A stretch of DNA of 64,000 bases from assembly GCA_029866065.1 (NCBI GenBank), contig JARXAC010000026.1, positions 7,250 to 71,249 of the forward strand. Direction: 5' to 3'. This document shows, piece after piece, positions 12,198 through 21,421 of this stretch (the first letter of the stretch is position 1; every line of letters starts with the position of its first letter). The notes beneath the pieces were generated by a model. The model saw nothing but the letters and a program-made list of their open reading frames with translations. It searched no databases and was not told the DNA's origin. The position numbers were made by a program, and so were the translations under genes. This stretch comes from Flavobacterium sp. Its GTDB lineage: Bacteria > Bacteroidota > Bacteroidia > Flavobacteriales > Flavobacteriaceae.

Positions 12198-13556
12198 ATG
12201 TTTGATAATTTAAGTGATAAATTAGACAAAGCCTTTCATATCCTAAAAGGACACGGAAAAATTACTGAAATTAATGTTGCAGAAACATTAAAAGAAGTTC
12301 GCCGTGCACTTTTAGATGCCGATGTTAACTTTAAAATAGCAAAGGATTTTACCACCAGAGTAAAAGACAAAGCCATTGGTCAAAATGTATTAACTACATT
12401 ACAGCCAGGCCAACTATTAGTAAAATTAGTTAAAGACGAATTGACCGAATTAATGGGTGGGGAAGTTTCTGGAGTCAATCTTTCAGGAAATCCAACCGTA
12501 ATTTTGATGTCGGGATTACAAGGTTCTGGAAAAACTACGTTCTCTGGGAAATTAGCCAATTTTCTTAAAACTAAAAAGAATAAAAACCCACTTTTAGTAG
12601 CTTGTGATGTGTATCGCCCTGCTGCAATCAATCAGTTGCATGTTGTGGGATCACAAATTGGGGTGGAAGTTTACTCCGAATTAGGAAACAACAATCCAGT
12701 TGAAATTGCACAAAATGCAGTGAAATATGCCAAAGAAAAAGGGTATAATGTTGTCATTGTCGATACCGCTGGTCGATTAGCTGTAGATGCCCAAATGATG
12801 GATGAGATTGCTCGTGTTCATAAAGCTATCCAACCTCAAGAAACGTTATTTGTTGTGGATTCAATGACGGGTCAAGATGCTGTAAATACAGCAAAAGCCT
12901 TCAATGATATTCTAAATTTCGATGGGGTAATCCTAACAAAATTAGATGGAGATACTCGTGGTGGTGCGGCACTTTCTATAAAATCTGTAGTTAATAAACC
13001 AATTAAGTTTGTAGGAACTGGAGAAAAAATGGAAGCAATTGATGTTTTCTATCCAGAGCGTATGGCAGAACGTATCCTTGGAATGGGAGACGTGGTTTCA
13101 TTGGTAGAAAAAGCACAAGAACAATACAACGAAGAGGAAGCTCGTAAAATCCAAAAGAAAATCGCCAAAAATGAGTTTGGTTTCGATGATTTTTTGACCC
13201 AAATTCAGCAAGTTAAAAAAATGGGTAACATGAAAGACCTGGTTGGAATGATTCCAGGTGCCTCAAAAGCTATGAAAGATGTAGAAATTGAAGACGATGC
13301 ATTCAAACACATTGAAGCTATTATCTATTCAATGACTCCAACGGAAAGATCAAAACCTGCAATTATTGATATGAAAAGAAAAACGAGAATTGCGAAAGGA
13401 TCGGGAACTAAAATCGAGCAAGTGAATCAATTAATGAAACAGTTTGACCAAATGAGCAAAATGATGAAAATGATGCAAGGTCCTGGAGGAAAAAACATGA
13501 TGAAAATGATGGGCGGAATGAAAGGCGGAATGCCGGGAATGCCTGGAATGAGATAG
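12198..13556 (+). CDS. ffh: Signal recognition particle protein
   Basis: GLQGSGKTT, DTAGR, TKLD and Met-rich M domain. Confidence 0.98.
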   Translation: MFDNLSDKLDKAFHILKGHGKITEINVAETLKEVRRALLDADVNFKIAKDFTTRVKDKAIGQNVLTTLQPGQLLVKLVKDELTELMGGEVSGVNLSGNPTVILMSGLQGSGKTTFSGKLANFLKTKKNKNPLLVACDVYRPAAINQLHVVGSQIGVEVYSELGNNNPVEIAQNAVKYAKEKGYNVVIVDTAGRLAVDAQMMDEIARVHKAIQPQETLFVVDSMTGQDAVNTAKAFNDILNFDGVILTKLDGDTRGGAALSIKSVVNKPIKFVGTGEKMEAIDVFYPERMAERILGMGDVVSLVEKAQEQYNEEEARKIQKKIAKNEFGFDDFLTQIQQVKKMGNMKDLVGMIPGASKAMKDVEIEDDAFKHIEAIIYSMTPTERSKPAIIDMKRKTRIAKGSGTKIEQVNQLMKQFDQMSKMMKMMQGPGGKNMMKMMGGMKGGMPGMPGMR

Positions 13557-13646
13557 ATAATTAAGCCGAAAGTTTTAATGTCCAAAGTCAAAAAAAACAA
13601 TAACTTACAACAACTGTTTTAGCTTAATTTTTTCCGTTCTGTCAAG

Positions 13647-13677
13647 AACTTTAAACTTTAAACTTTAAACTTTAAAC
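13647..13677 (+). repeat. Perfect heptamer tandem (AACTTTA)x4+AAC upstream of folD
   Basis: Read directly. Confidence 0.9.
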
Positions 13678-13686
13678 ACAACAACA

Positions 13687-14574
13687 ATGCAACTACTAGA
13701 CGGAAAAAAAGTTTCAGAGGATATCAAAGCCGAAATCACGGCTGAAGTCCAAAAGATGAAAAAAAACAACGAGAAAGTTCCTCATTTGGCGGCAATTATT
13801 GTTGGAAATGATGGAGCAAGTTTAACTTATGTAGGAAGTAAAGTGAGGGCTTGTGAAAGAGTAGGCTTTGAATCTACTTTAATCAATATGCCAAGTACGA
13901 CCTCTGAAACGGAATTACTTAAAAAAATTAAAGAGTTAAACGAAGACGACAATATTGACGGTTTTATTGTTCAGTTGCCTTTGCCAGATCAAATTGACAC
14001 TCAAAAAGTCCTTATGGCTGTTGATCCAAGTAAGGATGTTGACGGTTTTCACCCAGAGAATTTTGGAAAAATGGCTTTGGATATGACCACTTTTATTCCA
14101 GCAACTCCATTCGGAATACTTGAATTATTAGAGCGTTACAACGTTGAAACTAAAGGTAAACATACCGTAGTTATTGGCCGTAGCCACATTGTAGGTCGCC
14201 CAATGAGTATTTTGATGGGAAGAAAAGGATTCCCAGGAAATTCTACGGTAACTTTAACCCACAGTTACACTAAAAATATCGAGGAAATTACCATTCAAGC
14301 CGATATTATCATTACCGCTTTAGGAGTTCCAAATTACCTAAAAGCAGAAATGGTAAAAGACGGTGCGGTTGTAATAGATGTGGGTATCACTAGAGTAAAT
14401 GACGATTCTAACGAAAAAGGATATGTAATTACTGGCGATGTCGATTTTGTAAACGTAAGCAAGAAAGCGTCTTTCATTACTCCCGTTCCAGGTGGAGTAG
14501 GACCGATGACAATTGCGATGCTACTGAAAAACACATTATTAGCAAGAGAGCAACGAAAGTTAGCGAAGCAATAA
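13687..14574 (+). CDS. folD: Bifunctional methylenetetrahydrofolate dehydrogenase/cyclohydrolase
   Basis: VQLPLP, KDVDGFHP, GRSHIVGRP and TPVPGGVGPMT motifs. Confidence 0.97.
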   Translation: MQLLDGKKVSEDIKAEITAEVQKMKKNNEKVPHLAAIIVGNDGASLTYVGSKVRACERVGFESTLINMPSTTSETELLKKIKELNEDDNIDGFIVQLPLPDQIDTQKVLMAVDPSKDVDGFHPENFGKMALDMTTFIPATPFGILELLERYNVETKGKHTVVIGRSHIVGRPMSILMGRKGFPGNSTVTLTHSYTKNIEEITIQADIIITALGVPNYLKAEMVKDGAVVIDVGITRVNDDSNEKGYVITGDVDFVNVSKKASFITPVPGGVGPMTIAMLLKNTLLAREQRKLAKQ

Positions 14575-14575
14575 C

Positions 14576-14609
14576 AAAAAAGCCTTAAACATTGTTTAAG
14601 GCTTTTTTT
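14576..14609. terminator. Bidirectional terminator (folD / rluF)
   Basis: AAAAAAGCCTTAAAC-ATT-GTTTAAGGCTTTTTTT. Confidence 0.9.
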
Positions 14610-14610
14610 A

Positions 14611-15423
14611 TTAATAATCTCCGGGTTTTTTATATCTCGGATCGTCTCTTTTTATAAATTCTGTTCTTCGTTTTACGGGTTCAATTTTTGGTAAACTCGC
14701 TTCTTCGGTTTTACTTGAAGGTTCAATAAGTTGGTTTAATTCCCTGATTTCAGCATCGGTTAAATCTCGATATCTTCCCAAAGGTACATCCAGCGAAATA
14801 TTTATAATCCGAATACGCTTTAGAGCCACTACTTCGTATCCTAAATATTCCGACATTCTACGAATTTGTCGGTTTAACCCTTGTGTTAAAACGATTTTGA
14901 AAATAAATTGGCTAATTTGTTCGACTTTACATTTTCGGGTTACGGTATCCAAAATCGGAACTCCATTTCCCATTTTTTTAATGAAATCGGCTGTGACAGG
15001 TTTATTTACCGTCACGGTATATTCTTTTTCGTGATTGTTCCGAGCACGAAGTATTTTATTGACAATATCACCATCGTTAGTCATAAATATCAATCCTTCG
15101 CTTGCTTTGTCTAATCTGCCAATTGGGAAAATTCGTTTTGGATAATTGATATAATCCACAATATTATCACGAACATCTAAATTGGTTGTACATTCAATTC
15201 CTGCAGGTTTATTAAAAGCCAAATAGACTGGTTTTTCATGTTGTTCCCGAATTAGTTTTCCATCAATTCGAACTTCATCTGTTGGAGAAACCTTGGTACC
15301 TAGTTCTGGAACAACCCCATTTATGGTTACGCGACCTTCGTCAATTAGTTTATCGGCTTCCCTGCGAGAGCAATATCCTGTTTCACCAATAAATTTATTT
15401 AGTCGCTTTAGATTTTCTTCCAT
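14611..15423 (-). CDS. rluF: 23S rRNA pseudouridine(2604) synthase
   Basis: S4 domain (CSRREAD), GRLDKASEGL and GLNRQIRRM motifs. Confidence 0.9.
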   Translation of the reverse strand: MEENLKRLNKFIGETGYCSRREADKLIDEGRVTINGVVPELGTKVSPTDEVRIDGKLIREQHEKPVYLAFNKPAGIECTTNLDVRDNIVDYINYPKRIFPIGRLDKASEGLIFMTNDGDIVNKILRARNNHEKEYTVTVNKPVTADFIKKMGNGVPILDTVTRKCKVEQISQFIFKIVLTQGLNRQIRRMSEYLGYEVVALKRIRIINISLDVPLGRYRDLTDAEIRELNQLIEPSSKTEEASLPKIEPVKRRTEFIKRDDPRYKKPGDY

Positions 15424-15490
15424 GCCACAAAGTTAATTAGAAAATCGGTTTGTAGGTAATTTGGTAATTAAAAAGAAAAGGAATTTTTTA

Positions 15491-16336
15491 TTAAAATTCC
15501 GTGATGAACGAACTTATTTTTTCAAATAATACTTCGTCATTCATACTGTGTCCTAAGCCTTTTGTTTCAATAAATAGCGCTTTTTTCCAGGCGTTTGAAT
15601 TTTTTTTAGCTTCTGCAAATGACACTACCGAATCTTCAATATCGTGAGCTATAAGTCCTTTTAAATTACTATCATTTGAAAATAGCGGCCCTTCAATTTC
15701 TTTGTTGCTGAGGTTAAAATTTTCTTTATAATAATTTACTAATTCCCTGTTAACTTTCGAGTTCAAACCTAAAAGCGAGACATAATTCTCAAAAATTGCT
15801 TTAAAATCAGATGGTGCTCCCAAAACTACAATCTTCTCTACATTATTATTTTTATGAATAGTTTGATAATGCAAACACGCTTTTCCGCCTATAGAATGTC
15901 CAATTAATATATTAGGATTGTACATTTTTGCTACGTGGTGAATGAATTCAGTGTATTTGTGAGCGTTGAAATCTTTCCCGCTTGATAAACCATGTGCAGG
16001 TGCATCAATGGCTACAATTGTATATCCTGATTTTAAAATATAAGGAAGGGTTTTTTTCCAACGCGCTGAATTACTTTCCCAACCATGAATTAAAAATATA
16101 ACAGTTTCGTTCCCTTTCCATATATAGGTTTGAATTGTTTTATCTTCAAAATCAAAGGCAACGGCCTCTGCACTTTTAAGAACTTCTGGAATAGTGTCGA
16201 TTTGGATTTTACCTTTTCTTGGTGTACTAAAAATAGCGTATGCTTTTTGAACTGCTTTTTTGGGAGCGACAAAACTTAGCACATTGATATAAAATCCAAT
16301 TGATTTTGCGAGAAGTAGGTATTTCAATTTCTTCAT
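15491..16336 (-). CDS. Alpha/beta hydrolase
   Basis: HGWES, DAPAHG, GHSIGG nucleophile elbow, HD..D and GLGH. Confidence 0.88.
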   Translation of the reverse strand: MKKLKYLLLAKSIGFYINVLSFVAPKKAVQKAYAIFSTPRKGKIQIDTIPEVLKSAEAVAFDFEDKTIQTYIWKGNETVIFLIHGWESNSARWKKTLPYILKSGYTIVAIDAPAHGLSSGKDFNAHKYTEFIHHVAKMYNPNILIGHSIGGKACLHYQTIHKNNNVEKIVVLGAPSDFKAIFENYVSLLGLNSKVNRELVNYYKENFNLSNKEIEGPLFSNDSNLKGLIAHDIEDSVVSFAEAKKNSNAWKKALFIETKGLGHSMNDEVLFEKISSFITEF

Positions 16337-16365
16337 AAAAAAAAGCCACGTTAGGAACGTGGCTT
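16337..16365 (-). terminator. Intrinsic terminator after the zinc-ribbon gene, directly abutting the hydrolase ATG
   Basis: Minus strand AAGCCACGTT-CCT-AACGTGGCTTTTTTTT then ATG. Confidence 0.8.
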
Positions 16366-16372
16366 CATATAA

Positions 16373-17152
16373 TTAAAATTTAGAAAACATCTTTTCCATT
16401 TTTTCTCTTTCTTCTTCAGCAAGTGTGCTATCAACTAAAATCCTTCCTGAATGTTCATCGGTTATGATTTTTTTTCTTGAAGCGATTTCCACTTGCGTTT
16501 GTGGTGGTATAGTGAAGAACGATCCTGCAGATGCGCCTCTTTCAATAGAAACTACTGCTAAACCGTTGCGAACACTAGTTCTAATTCTCGTGTAAGCAGC
16601 TAACAATCTTTCTTCTATTTGACCTTGGTATTCCGCAGATTTTTCAGATAAGAAAGTTTCTTCTTTTTCAGTTTCAGACATAATTGCTTCCAATTCTGTC
16701 TTTTTGTGTTTTAAGTGATTGGTTTTAGTATCTAATTTTTCTTTAGATTGATTGACCACTTCTTTTTTGTGTTCAATAGTAGCTTTCATTTCTTTTATTT
16801 GCTTTTCAGCCAATTGAATTTCAAGCTCTTGGAATTCTACTTCTTTAGTTAAAGAGTTAAATTCTCTATTGTTACGAACAGTTTCTTGTTGTTTAACATA
16901 TCTTTTCATTGACTCGTTATGTTCGTCAATAGCTATTTTTTTAGCTTTAATTTGATCTTCAATAACAGTCAAATCATTTTTAAGTTTTTCTAAACGAGTG
17001 CTTAAACCAGCAACTTCATCTTCTAAATCTTCCACTTCTAAAGGAAGTTCTCCTCTTACATTTCTGATTTCGTCAATTCTTGTGTCAATTAATTGCAAAT
17101 CATATAATGCTCTTAATTTGTCTTCTACACTTAGTTCTTTTGTATTCGCCAT
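16373..17152 (-). CDS. Coiled-coil / C4-type zinc-ribbon family protein (DUF164, CT398-like), Cys-free variant
   Basis: Long coiled coil, NNREF motif, then GASAGSFFTIPPQ...ITDEHSGRIL. Confidence 0.88.
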   Translation of the reverse strand: MANTKELSVEDKLRALYDLQLIDTRIDEIRNVRGELPLEVEDLEDEVAGLSTRLEKLKNDLTVIEDQIKAKKIAIDEHNESMKRYVKQQETVRNNREFNSLTKEVEFQELEIQLAEKQIKEMKATIEHKKEVVNQSKEKLDTKTNHLKHKKTELEAIMSETEKEETFLSEKSAEYQGQIEERLLAAYTRIRTSVRNGLAVVSIERGASAGSFFTIPPQTQVEIASRKKIITDEHSGRILVDSTLAEEEREKMEKMFSKF

Positions 17153-17158
17153 AATAAT

Positions 17159-18256
17159 TTATAAGTACTTAACTGGATTTGTATTTTCTTCTGATAAAAT
17201 GATTGCAAAATTAAGGATTTTTTTTCTAAGATAATCAACAATATAATTTTTTGTATACCTTTCGCTCTCAAAATGACCAATATCAGCTAAAATTATTCGA
17301 TTTTCGGCTTCATAAAACTGGTGGTACTTCAAATCGGCAGTTAAAAAAACATTGGCTCCAGCCGAAATAGCATTTGCAATTGCAAAACTTCCAGCACCTC
17401 CAAGAAGTGCCACTTTTTTTATCGGTTTACCAATAAAATCAGAATGTCTAATGGCTTCACACTGCATTTTATCCTTTACGAATAGCAAAAATTCCTTTTC
17501 ATTCATGGGATTTTCTAATTCTCCAGTTAATCCCATTCCAATATTTTGATGTTTATTTTGCAAAGCGGTTATTTCATAAGCGACTTCTTCGTAAATATGA
17601 TTTTCAAAAAGTGCTTTCAGAATTTTGTTTTCTAATTGTTTTTCAAAGGTAACTTCAATTTTAATTTCATCGGCTTCAACCAATTCAAATCGGTTGCCAA
17701 TTACAGGATTACAACTTTCATCTCCCAAATAGGTTCCCATTCCTTTTGAAGTAAAACTACAATTTTGGTAGTTTCCGATAGTTCCAGCGCCAGCATCAAA
17801 AAGAGCATTTCTTACTTTTTCAACATTTTCAGGAACAGTAAAAGTGACTAATTTTCTAATATGGTTTTCTTTAGGAATTAAGATTTTAGTGTTGATTAAA
17901 CCTAAAGCATTTCCAAATATTTTATTCACCCCTTCCGGATGATTGTCTAAAGCGGTATGAACGGCATAGATCGCAATATTATTTTGAATTGCTTTAATAA
18001 CAGCTCTTTCCACATAATCTTTACCTGTTATTTTTTTCAAACCAGAAAATAAAATAGGGTGGAAACACACCACTAAGTTGCAGTTTTTAGCAATTGCCTC
18101 TTCAATCACACTTTCTAAGGCATCGTGACAAACTAATATTCCAGTGGTTTCTGTTTCTAGATTTCCAACTAATAACCCCACATTGTCAAAATCTTCGGCA
18201 TAAGCCAAAGGAGCCATTTCTTCAAGTAAGGGAATGAGATCTTTAATTTTATACAT
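17159..18256 (-). CDS. Nif3-like dinuclear metal centre protein (YbgI/YqfO)
   Basis: DFDNVGLLVG, FHP, HTALD, HIYEEVAY (PII-like insert) and DIGHFESE. Confidence 0.92.
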   Translation of the reverse strand: MYKIKDLIPLLEEMAPLAYAEDFDNVGLLVGNLETETTGILVCHDALESVIEEAIAKNCNLVVCFHPILFSGLKKITGKDYVERAVIKAIQNNIAIYAVHTALDNHPEGVNKIFGNALGLINTKILIPKENHIRKLVTFTVPENVEKVRNALFDAGAGTIGNYQNCSFTSKGMGTYLGDESCNPVIGNRFELVEADEIKIEVTFEKQLENKILKALFENHIYEEVAYEITALQNKHQNIGMGLTGELENPMNEKEFLLFVKDKMQCEAIRHSDFIGKPIKKVALLGGAGSFAIANAISAGANVFLTADLKYHQFYEAENRIILADIGHFESERYTKNYIVDYLRKKILNFAIILSEENTNPVKYL

Positions 18257-18335
18257 ACTTGTATTTTTAATTTTACAAATTAACGAAAAAACAATTCAAC
18301 TTTTTTATAAAGATAAAATAGTATACTTTCGTAGT

Positions 18336-19352
18336 ATGAATTTTATTCGAAAAATAGCATTTCCATTATCAATTCTATACAGTGCAATAGCTTCAATTAG
18401 AAATTATTGCTACGATATAGGTTTGTTGAAATCATATTCATTTAATTTACCAATTATTGCGGTTGGAAATTTAAGTGTTGGTGGAACAGGAAAAACACCT
18501 CAAATTGAGTATTTAATCCGACTTTTAGCGGACAAATATAAAATCGCAACCTTAAGCAGAGGTTACAAAAGAAAATCTGAAGGTTTTATTTTGGCTGATG
18601 CCAATGTTAATGCGTCTATAATTGGTGATGAACCGTATCAATATTATACCAAATTTTCATCTATTCAAGTTGCAGTAGATGCTGATCGAAAGAACGGAAT
18701 AGAACAATTGCTTTCTAATTCTAGTAAACCTGAAGTAATTTTATTGGACGATGCTTATCAACATCGAAGAGTAAAAGCAGGTTTTTATATTTTATTGACT
18801 TCTTATAATGAATTGTATTCTGATGATTTCCAACTGCCTACGGGAAATTTAAGAGAGAATAAGAGTGGGGCAAAAAGAGCTAATATTATTATTGTTACCA
18901 AATGTCCGTCTGATTTATCGAAACAAGAACAAGCGAATATTAAAAACAAATTAGCAATATCGCCGAAACAAACTTTGTTTTTTTCCACTATTGAATTTGA
19001 TGAATATGTGTATTCTGAAAATGGAAAGCAACTAGTTTCAGAGGTTCAAAATGTTGATAAATTACTTTTGGCTGGCATCGCAAAGCCTCAAACTTTTTTT
19101 GCACATTTACAAAGTGATAAGGAGGAGTGTTTGACTTTTTCTGATCACCATCAATTCACGGAAAAAAATCTTCTAGAGATTAAAAATAAAGCTCAAAATA
19201 GTATCATCATTACTACTGAAAAAGATTTTGTTAGATTGAAAGGTAACTTACCAAAAGAGCAACTTTTTTATCTACCAATAAAAACTAAATTTCTTTTTGA
19301 GGGAGATATTTTCGATAAAATCATTACAAATTATGTGAACTTATTAAAGTAG
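18336..19352 (+). CDS. lpxK: Tetraacyldisaccharide 4'-kinase (start revised from 18234)
   Basis: VGNLSVGGTGKTP, LSRGY, GDEP, LLDDAYQH and TTEKD; homolog-like start MNFIRK at 18336 avoids the overlap with the nif3 gene. Confidence 0.93.
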   Translation: MNFIRKIAFPLSILYSAIASIRNYCYDIGLLKSYSFNLPIIAVGNLSVGGTGKTPQIEYLIRLLADKYKIATLSRGYKRKSEGFILADANVNASIIGDEPYQYYTKFSSIQVAVDADRKNGIEQLLSNSSKPEVILLDDAYQHRRVKAGFYILLTSYNELYSDDFQLPTGNLRENKSGAKRANIIIVTKCPSDLSKQEQANIKNKLAISPKQTLFFSTIEFDEYVYSENGKQLVSEVQNVDKLLLAGIAKPQTFFAHLQSDKEECLTFSDHHQFTEKNLLEIKNKAQNSIIITTEKDFVRLKGNLPKEQLFYLPIKTKFLFEGDIFDKIITNYVNLLK

Positions 19353-20393
19353 ACTAGTCAAATATTTGTTCATTTGCTTTAAGTAACTTATTTTTTTAGA
19401 ATTTACAAGTAGAATTAAGTCGATAATTCTCGAAGAATAGCCAATTTCATTATCATACCAACCCACAACTTTAACCATTTTATCAATTACGGAAGTCAAT
19501 TGAGCATCAAAAATGCAGGAATTGGTATTGCCAATAATATCTACAGAAACGATAGGATCTTCAGTATATTCTAAAATTCCTTTATAATTAGTTTGGGAAG
19601 CTGTTTTAAAAGCAGCATTAATTTCATCTATAGAAACTTGTCTTTTTACATTAAAAGTGATATCGGTCAATGAACCATCTGGCACGGGAACTCGAATTCC
19701 ACAACCTCCAATTTTCCCTTCAAATTTCGGAAAGATTTTTGTTAACGCTTTTGCTGCACCTGTAGTCGTTGGAACTATAGATTGTGAAGCGCCACGAGCT
19801 CTGCGAAGGTCTTTGTGCGGTTGATCGTGTAAACTTTGATCGGTGGTATAGGAGTGAACGGTTGTAATATAAGCTTGTTCAATTCCACACAATTCATCAA
19901 TAATTTGTATTATCGGCGCGGCATTATTAGTGGTACAACTTGCATTGGAAATGATTGTTTCATCCCCATTTAAAATGGATTCGTTAACTCCTAAAACTAC
20001 TGTTTTAATTGTGTCCACTTCAGATGGAGCAGTCAAAATTACTTTTTTGGCTCCAGCCGAAATATGCGCGTTTATTTCATCAAAAGTCTTGTATTTACCG
20101 GTTGCTTCTATAACAAAATCAATATCCAATGATTGCCAATCTAAATTTAAAATCGATTTTTCATGAAAAAACAAGTGAGAATTTCCATTTACAATTATAG
20201 CATCATCGGTATAGCTGCATTCATAAGGAAGTTTTCCATGAATGCTATCGTATTTCACAAGATGAGCCATCGTTTTATTGTCGGCAATATCATTAATCGC
20301 AACGACCTCAATAGAGGGATGGTCGATTAAAAGTCGAAATAAATTTCTACCAATTCTACCGAACCCATTTATGGCAATTCTTGTTTTTATCAT
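19344..20393 (-). CDS. gap: Type I glyceraldehyde-3-phosphate dehydrogenase paralog
   Basis: INGFGRIGR, NASCTTN, HKDLRRAR and WYDNEIGYS; about 15-aa C-terminal extension. Confidence 0.92.
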   Translation of the reverse strand: MIKTRIAINGFGRIGRNLFRLLIDHPSIEVVAINDIADNKTMAHLVKYDSIHGKLPYECSYTDDAIIVNGNSHLFFHEKSILNLDWQSLDIDFVIEATGKYKTFDEINAHISAGAKKVILTAPSEVDTIKTVVLGVNESILNGDETIISNASCTTNNAAPIIQIIDELCGIEQAYITTVHSYTTDQSLHDQPHKDLRRARGASQSIVPTTTGAAKALTKIFPKFEGKIGGCGIRVPVPDGSLTDITFNVKRQVSIDEINAAFKTASQTNYKGILEYTEDPIVSVDIIGNTNSCIFDAQLTSVIDKMVKVVGWYDNEIGYSSRIIDLILLVNSKKISYLKQMNKYLTSLL

Positions 20394-20405
20394 TTTATCG
20401 TCATA

Positions 20406-20431
20406 TTTCCCCCCTTTGGTGGTTAGTGGGC
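20406..20431 (-). repeat. GC-rich palindromic REP-like arm (family D) between lipA and gap
   Basis: Minus strand GCCCACTAACCACCAAAGGGGGGAAA, similar to the arms at 53028 and 63291. Confidence 0.7.
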
Positions 20432-21301
20432 CTAAAGGATATGTTTTTGAGCTTTATAGGAAGAACGAACTAATGGGCCACTTTCAACATGTCGGAAGCC
20501 TAATTCTAGTCCGAATTGCTCGTATTTTGCAAATTGCTCTGGAGTAATAAATTCCTTTACAGGCAAGTGTTTTTTACTTGGTTGCAGGTATTGGCCGATG
20601 GTGACCACATCAACATTTGCTTGGCGCAAATCTTTTAATGTTTGAAATACTTCTTCTTCAGTTTCACCTAATCCAAGCATTATCCCCGATTTAGTTCTAT
20701 TGATTCCTTTTTCTTTAAGGTATCTTAAAACTTCCATACTTTTATCGTATTTTGCTTGAATACGAACTTCACGCGTTAATCGGCGAACGGTTTCTATATT
20801 ATGTGATACCACTTCTGGGTTGGCTTCAACAATTCGATCAATATTTCTTTCAATTCCTTGGAAATCAGGAATTAAAGTTTCTAATGTTGTAGTTGGATTC
20901 ATTCTTCGAATCGCTTTTATAGTTTCAATCCATATAATGGATCCACCATCTTTCAAATCGTCTCGGTCAACACTAGTTACCACTGCATGTTTTATATTCA
21001 TGATTTTGATGGAACGGGCTACTTTTTCAGGTTCATCCCAATCTACTGTTTCTGGTCTACCGGTTTTAACTCCGCAAAATCCACAAGAACGCGTACATAT
21101 ATTTCCTAAAATCATAAACGTTGCTGTTCCTTCACCCCAGCATTCGCCCATATTTGGACAACTACCTGAGGTACAAATGGTGTTGAGTTTGTATTTATCA
21201 ACTAAACCTCGTAGTTCGGTATATTTTTGACCAATTGGTAATTTTACTTTTAGCCATTTTGGCTTTCCTGTAGGAAGTACATTTTCTAAAACAGATTCCA
21301 T
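20432..21301 (-). CDS. lipA: Lipoyl synthase (start revised from 21322)
   Basis: CTSGSCPNMGEC (CX4CX5C), CTRSCGFC (CX3CX2C) and RSSY. The track start lies inside the -7 box TATATTTG. Confidence 0.97.
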   Translation of the reverse strand: MESVLENVLPTGKPKWLKVKLPIGQKYTELRGLVDKYKLNTICTSGSCPNMGECWGEGTATFMILGNICTRSCGFCGVKTGRPETVDWDEPEKVARSIKIMNIKHAVVTSVDRDDLKDGGSIIWIETIKAIRRMNPTTTLETLIPDFQGIERNIDRIVEANPEVVSHNIETVRRLTREVRIQAKYDKSMEVLRYLKEKGINRTKSGIMLGLGETEEEVFQTLKDLRQANVDVVTIGQYLQPSKKHLPVKEFITPEQFAKYEQFGLELGFRHVESGPLVRSSYKAQKHIL

Positions 21302-21342
21302 AATCGGGATTTTATGTTGCAAATATACGGAAAGTAGATAAT

Positions 21343-21395
21343 AAAAAAACGGTTTTTGATTCGTAATTCGTTAATTAATTACTAATCAAAAACCG
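21343..21395 (-). terminator. Terminator of the tonB-like gene
   Basis: 12-bp stem CGGTTTTTGATT/AATCAAAAACCG followed by a T7 tract on the minus strand. Confidence 0.7.
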
Positions 21396-21421
21396 AAATT
21401 TTATTGCTTAAATCTTCGATC

